Made by a program: the position numbers and the translations under genes. From assembly GCF_009914755.1 (NCBI RefSeq), contig NC_060925.1: a DNA stretch of 64,000 bases; one strand, given 5' to 3'. The notes under the pieces are model-generated. The model was not told the origin of the DNA, did not search any database, and was given only the letters and a program-made list of their open reading frames with translations. This document shows, piece by piece, positions 1-13,577 of the stretch. The stretch comes from the human T2T-CHM13v2.0 reference genome, Homo sapiens. How positions within the stretch are numbered: the first letter of the stretch is position 1; every line of letters begins with the position of its first letter.

Positions 1-43
1 AGTGTTCATTAATATCTGCAAATGCTTAGTTAATTATATTTAA

Positions 44-262
<219 letters not shown>

Positions 263-306
263 TAAATCAGGAGCACCCTCTTCTGCTGCTGTAGTGAAAT
301 GCAGGT

Positions 307-604
307 TTTTGAGTTTTTTTTGTTTGTTTGTTTTTTTGTTGTTGTTGTTTTATTTTCATTTTTCTTGAGATGGAGTCTCGCTCTCTTGCCCAGGCCTGAC
401 TGCAATGGCACGATCTCAGCTCCCTGCAACCTCCATCTCCCAGGTTCAAGCAATTCTCCTGCCTCCCGAGTAGCTGGGATTACAGGCGTGCGACACCACA
501 CCCGACTAAGTTTTGTATTTTTAGTAGAGACGGGGTTTCACCATGTTGGCCGGGCTGGTCTTGAACTCCTGACCTCAGGTGATCCACCCGCCTTGGCCTC
601 CCAA
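307..604 (-). mobile_element. Alu (AluS-like), 5'-truncated
   Basis: Reverse-orientation Alu body (gagatggagtctcgc...ccttggcctcccaa) preceded by T-rich tail. Confidence 0.9.
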
Positions 605-1235
605 GAAATGCAGTTATTTATGTTTCTTTTTTTAAGTAAATGGGGCCTTTTGGGGAAATGGGTATGTTTTCTTTGGATTCTTTTCCACTAGCTTAGTTCA
701 GTGGAGCTCTTGCCTTGGCCATTTTCTTCTTTTTTCTTACCAAACTGGCTCCCAAGGACATCTCTCCCTTTCAAAGCATTTTCTTCTCTCCCAGAAGCTA
801 TGTCTTACCATGATTACTGCCTCTGACTCCCTGTGTTTTTCAAATCCTTTCTTTTGAATTCCTCATAGAATCTACCAGGTTTTTTTTCTTTGCTCTATTT
901 TTCCACTTCAGGTAGAGCCCTCTCTTTCCAGGCTAACTCGTGATTGGTGTTTGCTATTATTTATGTACAGTGCTGACACATAGTCCATATCTGACTCTCT
1001 GCTCAGATGTGGGCTCCTGACCACACTCTGATCTAGTAGTCTTTATTTCCTCACTTACATGTAAAGGATTCTGTGCCCAAATTATGTTGTAGGCATAAAT
1101 TTGGGTGGTTTTACTTGGCTTCTTTTTATGGTAGTTTGGAAGATTTGTGGAGCAATTCTAATTTAGGTGGCTGCCATTATCCTGTGGGAACTCAACTTTA
1201 TAACATAACAAAATAAATAAGCTAGAAAAATAATA

Positions 1236-1550
1236 CAGTACTCTGCCCTTTATCTGTCGTTCCAAGACCCCCTGTGGATGCCTGAAAACACAGATAGAAC
1301 TCAACCCTATATATACTATATATACTGTGTTTTTTCCTGTACATATATACCTATGACAAAGTTTAATTTATAAAGTAGGCACAGTAAACAATAACAAAAA
1401 CAATAATAATAAAATAGAACAATTATAACAATATACTATAATAAAAGTTATGTGAATGTGGCCTCTCTCTCTCTAAAAGTATCTTATTGTACTGTACCGT
1501 GGGTAACTGAAAGCACAGAAAGTGAAGCTACAGATAACGGGGACTAACTG
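1236..1550. mobile_element. Tigger-family MITE (MER44/Tigger7-like)
   Basis: TA-flanked, degenerate CAGT...ACTG termini; internal ttccaagaccccctgtggatgcctgaaa motif. Confidence 0.65.
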
Positions 1551-1705
1551 TAAGACAAACAAAATAGAAGTGAGAGCTTGATGAAGATAAAAGTGAAAAC
1601 TAATGAGGTACCGAAGCATAATTGAAAACAATTCAAGATCGATAAAGTGATAGTGGGAGAAACATCAACATGGTAAGGCTTGAGGTAATTCATCAAAAAG
1701 GGTAG

Positions 1706-2087
1706 ATATTAGTCTGTTCTCACACTGCTATAAAAAATACCTGAGACTGGGTAATTTATAAAGAAAAGAGGTTTAATTGGCTCACGGTTCTGCAGGCTGT
1801 ACAGGAAGCATGGCATCATCTGCTTCTGGGGAGGCCTCAGGGAGCTTTCAATCACGGTGGAAGGCAAAGGGGGAGCAAGGCTGGAGCAGGAGGAAGGAGT
1901 GGGGGAGATGCCACACACTTTTTAAATGATCAGATCTCACAAGAACAAACTCACTATCAGGGGAACAGTATCAATGGGGAAATCTGCCCCCATGATACAA
2001 TCACCTCCCACCAGGCCCCACTTCCAACACTTAGGGATTACAATTCAACATGATATTTGGATGGGGACACAGATCCAAATCATATCA
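1706..2087 (-). mobile_element. MaLR solo LTR (MST-like)
   Basis: tattagtctgttctcacactgctata...ccaaatcatatca; 5-bp TSD GGTAG on both sides. Confidence 0.85.
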
Positions 2088-2580
2088 GGTAGAAACACAA
2101 AAATTAGGAAAGATGAAGGCAACAGAAACACAAACACAGAGGAGATAAGATATATTAGAATAAAATGTAAAATTATCTGCTAAAATTTTGACATGTGACA
2201 GAACTACCAATTTTCTAAGCAAATATAATCAAAATTGACTCAAGATGAAAAAAATATTAATAGGCATCTTAGAAAATATTTAAAGTTATCATAACAGGTA
2301 ACTGAGACCAGAAATCTTGGAAGGAAATCATGTTTAGAAAGAAAAATAACAGATTTTTTTTAAATTTTAAGTTTGAAGTACTTGTTTATAATGTCCAAGT
2401 AATAGAATACAGAGACCAGAACATGGGAGAGAATCTGCAGCTATAAATACAAAATTTGGAGTTCATCACCACTAAGTAAAAAGAATGCATTTCTGGTTTG
2501 CATTATCAAATACCTACGGGCAAGTGAAAAAAGAATGTGACAGTGTAGCCGATCTTACTCATTTTCACGTTTGCTTACAG

Positions 2581-2683
2581 ACAGCTGAAAAAGAGTACAT
2601 CACCCTACCAGATCACCCTTCACTTCCTTGTCAACCTGTTCTTTCTTCAGGAATAACTGATATATCTTTATTACAAACTGAAA
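2581..2683 (+). CDS. SPATA1: SPATA1 internal coding exon (TAEKEYITLPDHPSLPCQPVLSSGITDISLLQTE)
   Basis: ttacag| acceptor, |gtaagt donor; phase 1 joins next exon in frame. Confidence 0.85.
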
Positions 2684-2931
2684 GTAAGTATAGTGCAATC
2701 GTAAGTACAGATGATTCTGTGAGGTAAAGTAAATAATGTTAATGGGGAGTTACTGTTTAATGGGTATAGAGTTTCAGTTTGAGAAGATAAATAAGTTCTG
2801 GAGATGGGTGGTGGTGATGGTTTCACAACAGTGTGAATGTTGTGCCACTGAACTGTACCATTTAAAAATATTTTAAATGGTACAGTTTGTTATGTAATAT
2901 GTTCTACAACAATAAAAAAGTTAAATTATAG

Positions 2932-3270
<339 letters not shown>

Positions 3271-3307
3271 TAGTCACCAACATTATTTCATTTTAAAATA
3301 TATATTC

Positions 3308-3602
3308 TGGCCAAGCATGGTGGCTCATGCCTGTAATCCCACACTTTGGGAGGCTGAGGTGGGTGGATCACAAGGTCAGGAGTTCGAGACCAGCCTGGCC
3401 AACATGGTGAAACCCCATCTCTACTAAAAATACAAAAAAATACAAAAAAATTAGGCGTGGTGGCAGCTGCCTATAGTCCTAGCTACTTAGAAGGCTGAGG
3501 CAGGAGAATCGCTTGAACCCAGGAGACAGAGGTTGGAGTGAGCCAGTATTGCACCACTACACTCCAGCCTGAGCAACAGAGTGAGACTCCATCTCAAAAA
3601 AA
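3308..3602 (+). mobile_element. AluS
   Basis: Full Alu consensus match, A tail running into (TA)n. Confidence 0.9.
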
Positions 3603-4012
3603 TATATATATATTTATATATCATATATATATCATATATATATAATCCTAAAATATACATTTTCTATGTACGATTTAAGTACAATAATTTTGAATCCCAG
3701 ATAAATTTACCAAAAGAGTTAAACCAAAGAATATCAGCATAACTGCTTGAGCTTTACCTAGTTTCTACACATATATGAAATGCAGAAAAAACACACTATT
3801 TTATAAATCTCCTTATATATCACTCTTGGAAACTGAAATGACTCCTTTGCATTTTCCACATGGTAAATGCTATACTGTAGCAAGAAAAACAGTTTGGGAT
3901 AAAATTTATTCTTGCTGCTTTAGACATTTTTAAGTTTTACACTCCATATTTTAGGATATGAGCCATCTTTCAGCTTTGAGACATTGATGAATATGAGTTA
4001 TAATCTCTTTAG

Positions 4013-4138
4013 GAGAGAAGATTATCAAACAAATGAAACAAGTAAAGGAAGAAAGAAGGTATCTGGAAAGAAATAGAGAAGAACTAGTAAAAACGGTTGA
4101 AAAGCTATTTGAACAAAGCAAATTAAAACGATATCATG
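4013..4138 (+). CDS. SPATA1: SPATA1 coding exon (REKIIKQMKQVKEERRYLERNREELVKTVEKLFEQSKLKRYH)
   Basis: ctctttag| and |gtaaag; 126 nt, in frame with flanking exons; coiled-coil-like. Confidence 0.9.
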
Positions 4139-4438
4139 GTAAAGTTTATTACATACCTTTTATCACTATAAAGAAAACTTAAGTTTTACAGAATTGATCC
4201 TTTTAGAATAAATAATAAAGTTATAATTAATATTTACTGTTTTACTATTTTAGTTTAAGTGGTACATGATTAAGTTCAATATAGAAAACATGAAATTATT
4301 ATGCAACTCTACTTTATAGAATAAATGCTTTACATAGGGTTTAAAATTAAAACTCAAATATTTTCATAACTGAAACTCATTAACTTGTTTATTAATTCTT
4401 CTATTCATTTATCAAATGCCTATTGAATCTGGCCACTA

Positions 4439-4860
<422 letters not shown>

Positions 4861-5751
4861 CTTGATGAAAACTATGATAAAGGAATTACAAAGTTCTATG
4901 GATAGGAATACAAAGGGAGAACGCCTAAATTAGATGGAAGAGATCAAGAGAGGCTTCCAGGAAAAGTGTTGGATATGCTAGGATCTGAAGTACACTCTTG
5001 GTTCTAGGTCTTCGGGCATGCTTTTCCCTCTGCCATCTACTTCTCCTCTTACCTTGAGGTACCCTCTTCCCAGTTTACCTGCCTATTTCCTATTAGTCAG
5101 TCAAGATCACCTTATATATCACTTACTGTAGAAGCCTACTTTGAGTCCCTTGGTCTCTTCTGTACTTAATTTTTTGATATGTGTGTGTGTGTGCCTTGCT
5201 TTTAAAAGTGAATGAATGAGGGAAGTTAAGTAAGTTTTCTTGCAGTACAATTAGAAACAGTGTTGTTAGGACTGGTGGACTGATGAGGCAGGATGAAGAC
5301 AGTACATGATGGTGGCTTGAGAGTTGCTAAATTATTTGAGAGGCCTCCGTTTTGGGTTGTGTTGAGGATTATAAGGATAAAAGGTATCTATGGAATTAAG
5401 TGGTTTTATGATTCTCAATTTACAGCAAAATTGTTTCAGCACTAGAACTGATTGAAGGTTATAGACAATGTCAGGAGATACTTCTCAAGATTCTGCTTTA
5501 CAATGTGTTATCCTGAAAGTGGTGGCAATGAGTCAGCCTTGTTGTAATGTTAAAAAAGCAATTTTATCAGACAGATTTGAACAATGGACTGAAAATCACA
5601 GGACCAGGATTGTAACACCAGATCTATCTTTTACTTAGACAAGTTACTTCCCCTCTTTGTGCCTCACCCTTTCTGTTTATGAAATGGGAATGATCCATCA
5701 CTTCCTATTTCAACAGGAATATTTCAAGATAAAAGGTATGTATTGGCCATA

Positions 5752-6490
5752 AAATATTTATTGAGCCTACTATGTGCCGGGCACTGTTTTAAATGCTGGG
5801 GATACAGCAGTGAACAAGACAGACATGGCCATGCCCATAAGGAGCTTGCTTCCCTATGGGAAGAGACAGACAATAAACAAGTAAGACAATATCAGCTTTG
5901 ATCAGAGCTGAGAATTCAATTAAAAAGAGCATAGTAAAGAGTGATGAGGCAGGGAAGAGATGCTTTAGGTAGAATTTTCAGAGAAAGTATCTCTGAGAAG
6001 ATTAAGATTTGATTAATAGGGAGGCAGGCACAAAGGGAACACTAAATATCAAGGTCAAGAAATAAGAATGACATTGTGGCATTAAGGGCCTGAAATACGA
6101 CCAGTGCTGCTGAAACACTACGTAAGAAGGAATGCAGAGGGGGATAAAATCAGAAAGGTCAGCAAGGAATAAATGGGCCAAATCAAAGATTTTGGATTTT
6201 ATTCTAAGCAAGGTAGGAAGCCACTAGAGGATTTTGAGCTAGGGATTTATATGATTTTAAAAAATATTTTAGAAAGATCAGAATGACTGCTGTATAGAAT
6301 ACCCTGTACAGGGGCAAGAATGAAAGCAGACAGACCAGTTAGAAAGAGAATGCAGACTTCTTGGTAAAAGATGACATTGACTAAGGATGTAGCATTGAAG
6401 AAGGTGGAATATGCTAGATGCTAGAAGTATTTTGGCAGTAATACCGGTAGAAGTTGCTAAGGGATTGGATAATAGAGCATGAGATAAATA
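5752..6490 (-). mobile_element. L2 LINE fragment
   Basis: atatttattgagcctactatgtgccgggcactg is the reverse of the L2 3' end; boundaries approximate. Confidence 0.7.
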
Positions 6491-6759
6491 TCCAAAATCT
6501 TGAGCTAAAGTTCCATGTAGCTATATAATTTTAATTAAATCACCTTATAAAGTAGAATTTTTAAATTTGAGATTTTTGTTTCTATGATAATCTAAAAGAA
6601 AGAAACTAAACAAATTCTGGTATACTGGCATATAGTTTGTGTTCCTATTAAGTTTGTATTTAGAATCTCATTGGTATCAATGCAATTTGTTAAACTGGTA
6701 GTGTTTAATTTCTAATGATTAATTTTGGATCAGTTTTCCATAATCATGGGAAAAAGTAA

Positions 6760-6960
6760 CATACATATATTACTTTTATAGTTATATATGTTATATGTAT
6801 ATATGTTATAGTTTTATATATGTTATAGATTACTATATATAACAAGTATATATATTGCTTTTATAATATATATTACTATTCAATGTATTACTTTTAGATA
6901 TATTACTTTTATAGTAATGTATATTACTATAAAATATATATATATTACTATATTTCTATA
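6760..6960. repeat. AT-rich low-complexity (TA-rich) repeat
   Basis: Degenerate tatatattact units. Confidence 0.7.
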
Positions 6961-7128
6961 CAAGTTCTCTTATAATCCAAAAAACATTTCTTCCTCAGGT
7001 CTAATGACCTCAGTATATAAAAAAAGGAGAAGAGGAGAGAAAGAGGAAAATGGTTTAAATTGACATTAGCTCTAGGATCCTTTCCAGGATGAAAAGTTGA
7101 ATCCTTTAATACTCAAACGAAGGCCTTT

Positions 7129-7162
<34 letters not shown>

Positions 7163-7163
7163 G

Positions 7164-7342
7164 CCTACAATGGTTGGAAGAAAAAATACTTGGAAACAAA
7201 GAAAGTCACAGCATCAATGGAGGAGGTTTTAACAAAACTTCGAGAAGATTTGGAACTCTACTATAAAAAACTGCTCATGCAACTTGAAGCCAGGGAGATC
7301 AAGATGAGACCAAAGAATCTGGCAAACATCACAGACTCCAAG
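7164..7342 (+). CDS. SPATA1: SPATA1 coding exon (AYNGWKKKYLETKK...NLANITDSK)
   Basis: T29-atag| acceptor, |gtatta donor; 179 nt, in frame. Confidence 0.92.
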
Positions 7343-8002
7343 GTATTACTAAATGTATCCCCCTTCCGTTAGAGAAGTTCTGTTCAAAACACATGCTTTA
7401 TAAGTGCTAGTAGTATCACAAGATGCATTAGGCTAACTTTGACTTAAACTTGCTTAAAACAATAAAAAAACTCATGACCTTATGTAATAGGAGGAGCATT
7501 GCTGAGGAGATACAGTCAGCAGCTTAATGTTGCCTTTAAGGGGTCTGATATTTTCTTCCTATTATTTTCAGTGTTAATTTCATTGTAAGACTGCTTCTAA
7601 TAGTAGCAATAGAGTGGTCAAGGGCAAGTAGGGCTTTATATCCCCAAACAGGGAGAAACCTCTCTCTGAATCATGGAATATATAAATCTTTCCCTTTATC
7701 CTAGGTAAGGGATCAACTAGGCCTACCCCTGGATGAGAAATAGTTGCCAAGGAATGCTATATGCTGACTGACTTACAGACTAATTAGGATTTACCTCTGT
7801 ACCTGGGACAGGGTCCATTTCCTGACTCTATGGGAAAGAGGCAAATACCTGATGAAGTAGGGCAGGGGACAAACAGTGTCTGCTATAGTCCTGTTATTTG
7901 GTGGTGGTGGCGGGAGGGCTTATAACACCCAGGAATTTAAAGAAATTATGAAATTTTGATCAGTTCTTTTTTTTGAGACAGCCTTGAATCAGAGACATGA
8001 AG

Positions 8003-8013
8003 TTTATTTTATT
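8003..8013 (-). terminator. Candidate distal CTBS poly(A) signals (two overlapping AATAAA on - strand)
   Basis: tttatt at 8003-8008 and 8008-8013; assignment to CTBS is inference. Confidence 0.35.
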
Positions 8014-8809
8014 ATTAATTCCACCATATAATTAAATAACAGACAAAAAAATTCAAGAGGGCATTTAACAATTTGATTTGGGTTGGATCAATCCCACTTA
8101 TCCAAAAGTAATTTTAAAATATGTTAACTATGATTAAAAGTAAGGATTTAACTTTAGACAAGATGAAATATTAAAAGTTTATTATTTTAAATAAATTTAA
8201 TATAAAGTCCAAATAGGCTCAAGTAATGGTTTGTCCATAGTAGTTGGTACTTTTTTTTTTAGCATAGCTTATACTTTATCTTACTGTTTAATCAGTTCAA
8301 TATAAGAATTTTTTCACAAAGCCAGTTTAAAACTCTTAAATAACTTCTTTAGCGAGGACCACTATAACTCATAAACTTTTCTGGACAAAAACCAAAAAGT
8401 CTTCTTATTTTAAATAGGTTTTCTTGTATTAAATTAGTTTTTGCATATAAAATATAGTATCATATTATTAAGTATTTTAAAATAATTCTAATCTTATTCA
8501 GCTGATAAAGCATTATGACAATTTTAAAGTCTTGCTAATAACTAAGATATTATTCCTTTCATAGTAATAGTTGTTGGTTTTTACGATGCTAATTTAATGG
8601 TAACTTTAGAGAAAGTGTTCCCTAAAATGCAAGAAATCAACAGAAACAAATAGTAATTTCTCCAAAGCAATTTAGTTTACTTTACGGAATAGGTTATTTT
8701 CATGATTTACTCTTTTGATCTTTATCATTTCATAGTTTATGTTCACAAGGCAGTTAAAAATAAAAATGTTTATATGTTATACTAAATAAATATCTATCTA
8801 TCCACACAG

Positions 8810-8908
8810 AATTACCTAATAATCCAGATCACTGAGGTACAGCATGCAATTGACCAGCTTAAGAGAAAACTAGATACTGACAAAATGAAACTCATAGTAG
8901 AAGTTAAG
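8810..8908 (+). CDS. SPATA1: SPATA1 coding exon (NYLIIQITEVQHAIDQLKRKLDTDKMKLIVEVK)
   Basis: acacag| and |gtaatt; 99 nt, phase 0/0. Confidence 0.92.
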
Positions 8909-9784
8909 GTAATTTACATTTTTCCTAATCAGATTATTATAACATTTATCTTGAAATAAAATATTTTGGTGTTTTAACTTTGGGTGTCAATAATATAAGG
9001 GTAGCCAGGATTGACTGTATTAAAATTGTTACCTTAACAGTAAAGAGCATAGGTGAAAAAAAAAATGCAGGAAGAAAAACTAAACCTGTGAAAAGATACA
9101 TGATATAATAAAGCCAAAGTAAAATTTAGTAAAATTTTACTAGGAAGAATTAAAGGAAAAGGAACCTGTGAGTCAATATATTCTCAAAAAAAATTTTAAG
9201 TAGTTTTCCTGTATTAGAATTATTAAGTCTGATAAACCACTGAGCTCTCCTCTGAACTGACATTTAATTTTTTATGGGTAATCGTTTCATTTTTTCTGGT
9301 TATTTTCATATGTATTCTATTATTTAAATATGAATAATGTGTCTTCTACTAGATGTTAAGTTTCCTTCCTGGCAGAGACTATGCCTTAGTTAACTTTGTT
9401 TCTCCCATGGGACCTTTTGTATAGCAGATGCTTAGTAGAGGCTTCTGGGCATGCTCTATTTGGTGAGAATTGTGTACAACTAATTACATCATAGAAATTA
9501 TCTGTGAAGTACATATGTATTAAAAAGCTTTTTTGTTGAACAGAAAACAGAAGATTATACATTTTCATACAAGTACCCACAGCAAGGCAGGAAAATGAGA
9601 ACGATAATTATATGAATGCTCTCATTTCTTTATCAGAAACAGCTTTATGACACAGAATAATGACTGCATTCTAGAATTAGCTCTTTTTAAAAAAATTTTA
9701 AAAAGAAAAAAGAAAATCAGTACTGTCCTCGGTTTCAGATAAAAATAAAAATAAATAAAATTTAAAAATAAAAAAATAGAATTA

Positions 9785-9991
9785 GCACTGTCCAACAGAA
9801 CTTATGTGATGATAGAAATGTTCTATGCCTGCACTGTCAGATTGGTACCCACTAGCCACCTATTGATATTGAGCACTTGAAATGTAGTTTGTGTGACTGA
9901 GGAACTGAATTTTAAATTTTATTTAATTTTAGTTAATTTAAGTTTAGTAGTTACATATGGCAACTGGCTTCTACTATACTGGACAGTGCAG
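9785..9991. mobile_element. hAT MITE (MER3-like)
   Basis: Inverted termini gcactgtcca...tggacagtgc. Confidence 0.7.
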
Positions 9992-10626
9992 TTCTAGATT
10001 CTTTTTACAAGCAGCATTCTCGAGGCTAAATAAGCCCTGGTTTGGCACTGAGAAGCTTAAAACTTAAAATAGAAAAGGAAAAGAGCAGAGGATAATTTTT
10101 AACAAAATATCAGTTAAATATGCACTCAAAAAATAATTTGTTCAATGAAGGAAAACTGTCTATTCAATATATGGAGATAAAGCCAATATGTAAACTTGTA
10201 CACTTAATAATTGGGTAGGTAGGAAGGAGTAATAAAAATGCCCCCAGAGGCTTGGATTATGACTCCCCTCATGCTGTTTTCTTCTGGAAAGCATGCACAT
10301 TACTTGTAATCTTTGTATATTTTAACATTACAAATGTCACTCATGGTTTGAACTCAAATTAGAATTGTTCATACAAAAACAGTAAGGACAAGTGGAATAA
10401 GAGGAAAAAAAGAGAACAAAGTTTTCAGCTTATAGGCTGGGGGGAAAAAATCCTGTATTTAACCATAGTGCCTGATTGACACATAACAGACATTATTTAA
10501 GAAGTTTTATTGATTTCTGAATGATCTCCCCAAAACAGCACTACCTATAAGATTCAGAACTAAGGGACAAAAAAAACCCAGCCTGAGTCTCTTGCAACCA
10601 TATTTATTCAAGATAGTATAGCATAA

Positions 10627-10990
10627 GTAGTGCTTCTCAAAGTTTAATATATCATCTGAGGATCCTGTTTAAAAATGCAGGATCTGACTCAGTAGGTCTG
10701 GGTGCAGCCTGAGATTCTTCCTACCTAACAAGCTCCCAACTGATGCTAATGCTGCTGTCCACAGACAACACTTGGAATAGTAAGGGCTCTGGTACCAGGT
10801 GGTTTGAATTTGAATCCTGGCTGTACCCACTTCACTTACTAGTTTTTTATCTTGAGCAAGTTACTTAGCCTCTAAAGGTCTCCATTTCAACTGTAAAATG
10901 GGGATAAATACTAGTATCTGATTCTGTAAAATTTTTGAAAAAAAAATAAGAGACTAATACACTTAGAAGAGTGCTTGCCACAGAGTAAAC
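10627..10990. mobile_element. MER5-like element followed by MIR
   Basis: gtgcttctcaaagttt...tgactcagtaggtctggg; ttgagcaagttacttagcctct...ctgtaaaatgggga. Confidence 0.6.
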
Positions 10991-11412
10991 ACTATATTTC
11001 TGAAATATCTATTCCGTTCCTAAGGGCTAGGAATTAAGGGTTTTTTTTGTATTTTGTTTTCTTGTTGTTTTCACTATTTTCTTTACACATTGAGAACAAC
11101 AGGTTTTGAAGTTTAAGCAAAACATAAAATTCTTTCTCACTCTAGTTTTTAGAACAGTTCAATTGTATTGTCCCTATCTACTCATAAACAAGGTTACCTT
11201 ATAGCATATCTCACCAGTAGATAAGCATGCTTATTAAACAGCATTCATAATCTACACATTTACTGTAGTAATCCAGTGGGAGTTGAAAGCACTGAAGCCA
11301 AATGAGAGAAGACAGTTAAAGCGGTTACAAAAACCCTGTTTACATGACAACTATGATGTACTTTTAGAAGGGTATGATGAAGTTCATTTTTGAAAAGTAA
11401 TTCTTTTTATAG

Positions 11413-11502
11413 ATGAGAAAACAAGCAGTTTCAGATTTACGAACATTGAAAACTGAACTGGCACAGAAAAAAAAAATAATACATCTCTACAATCTCAATT
11501 AG
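11413..11502 (+). CDS. SPATA1: SPATA1 last coding exon (MRKQAVSDLRTLKTELAQKKKIIHLYNLN*)
   Basis: ttttatag| acceptor; TAG at 11500-11502 directly followed by |gtatgt donor. Confidence 0.85.
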   Translation: MRKQAVSDLRTLKTELAQKKKIIHLYNLN

Positions 11503-12377
11503 GTATGTTAATTTAAAACTTTTATTTGTAAAAAAATTTAAATATGTATTTGAACAGATTTGTTTAACCATTATTCTCCTTGGCAATGTTTTATAAAAAG
11601 CACAAGGTTTCTCTTTCTCCACTTTCCATGTGGGTATTACAAAATGTTTCAGGAAATATTAGATGTAATATAAAGCAAAATGATGAATGGTTATTTTTAA
11701 CATTCCAAGTCCTTTACATATTATTTTACAGTGCTAATTTTATAATTTTCATTTTAATAATTTAATAATAAAATTCAATAATAATTTATTTAACAATTTA
11801 AGAGCTAATATAACTAAAATCTATTTGCAAAGAATAAATGTATATTAATGAATACTAATATATTTGCATGAAAATACAGACTTCATTTAACTTAATTTGT
11901 TCATTATATCTTAATTAAAAGAAATCTGGAAATATAAAAGAATGGGGGTATTGAAGTTGCATTCTGAGCTATGATAGAGATAAGCATCTAAGAATTTAAA
12001 TTTTTTAATTCATTTATTTTAGAAATATGAAGACAACAGTGATCCAACATATACTATGAAAATGGTTTTTACTCTGTCACAAACAATTGTGTAAATAGGA
12101 AATGTAATATTCTCATAACAGATGGTTCAATCATCATGTATTCCAATTTACAGGGGCAAAATGTGCAGGGAAGCCAGGATTTATGTAAATCTAGAGTTCA
12201 AAGATACAGATTTTTAATCTGTAATTAGGAACTAATAAGGGCAGCACAATGTTGTTCTTAATTCCCTGGAGAAAGAAAACAGACTTTATTACATTTAGAA
12301 AACTTATTTGTATAAAATTGATCTTTTAGAAAGAGAACTAGTTGAGAAGCTAATCAGTGTCTTTAGATCATTAAAAG

Positions 12378-12510
12378 CACAATGCAGCTCATGCCTGTAA
12401 TCCCAGCTCTTTAGGAAGCCAAGGCAGGAGGAGTGCTTGAGCCCAGGAGTTGGAGACCCATCTGGACAACATAGCGAGACCCTGTCTCTACAAAAAATAA
12501 AAATAAAAAA
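12378..12510 (+). mobile_element. Alu left monomer (FLAM-like)
   Basis: Single Alu arm with A-rich end. Confidence 0.75.
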
Positions 12511-13251
12511 GATACATTGCAGATGTAGAAAGAAAAATTTAACCATGTAAGCAAGCTAGCCAAGAAATAAATTATATATGTCCATAAATGAAGAAATGAA
12601 TAATTAGAAGTGTGACAGTGAACAGAATCAAGTTCAACTGCAAGTTATTCCTATTATTAAAAATTTTACAAATGAGCCTCATAAAAATAATGTAGTTGGA
12701 AAATATTAGGTAGTTCTAACTTACCAATTCAAAATATTACTGTTACATTCTTCTATTTTGTGAATACATTTAATCTTCTGGATTCTTTTTAATTCTCACT
12801 CACTGTCCAAAGATTTAGTTCAAGTACCTCAGAGAACATAAATACTATATGGAGTCAGGAAGCAGAAAAATTATTTTCATCAGTTTGATGAACCTAAAGG
12901 GGAGACACTACATTGTAGGTTTTAAATTTAAGATTTATTGGAGGGTTGGGGGAAAAGTATAGCACAAACTGCTTTTCAAAGACTAGGTTTTTAAAAACTC
13001 TAAGCAAACAATTTCCACTTCAGATTATACATATTTTAAAAATCAGCATTGATTCGTGAGCATATATTTTACTATAATGAAGGGAAATATGGCATAATAA
13101 AATTCTGAAAGCAATTTTTCCCAATTAAATTATAGTGTTGAAACATCTAATAGAGGAATATTTAATAGGTAAGTTGACTTGCTTCTTGCCTTTATGTTCC
13201 TGGATACTGAGGACATTCGTGTGTATTTTTCAAATTCAAACAATCAAAACA

Positions 13252-13261
13252 TTTATTTATT
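13252..13261 (-). terminator. Proximal CTBS poly(A) signal (AATAAATAAA on - strand)
   Basis: About 120 nt downstream of the CTBS stop. Confidence 0.55.
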
Positions 13262-13376
13262 CTTTTTTTTTAGTATACGGATAACAAAAGTATATAGCAA
13301 CATAATAAAAATGCAAGAAACTAGATCTGTTGATACAGATCATCTTTCTAACTCTTAATGGTTTGACAAAAGATGT

Positions 13377-13577
13377 TCATCTCTGTAACAGCTTTGGCTT
13401 TAAGACTTCCCACATTTCTTCAGTTTGCTGTTTGGCTACAGCATCTCCAGAGTAGTCAAGACAGTTTGCATTCCACATGCCAATGCCCCGTAAGCGATAG
13501 TTTTGTATATATGTTGCCTTTAAAGAAATACTCTGAGGGTTATCATACCATACTTGATGAAAGTGGCCAGCAGGATC
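13377..13577 (-). CDS. CTBS: CTBS exon 7 (DPAGHFHQVWYDNPQSIS...KPKLLQR*)
   Basis: atag| acceptor, 201 nt to TGA; GH18 C-terminal GIGMW motif; completes a 1158-nt CDS. Confidence 0.96.
   Translation of the reverse strand, partial: DPAGHFHQVWYDNPQSISLKATYIQNYRLRGIGMWNANCLDYSGDAVAKQQTEEMWEVLKPKLLQR

Noticed and set aside
299-691. Alu-derived ORFs here and elsewhere (e.g. 33916-34449, 14825-15217)
   Set aside because: Typical Alu translations, not genes.
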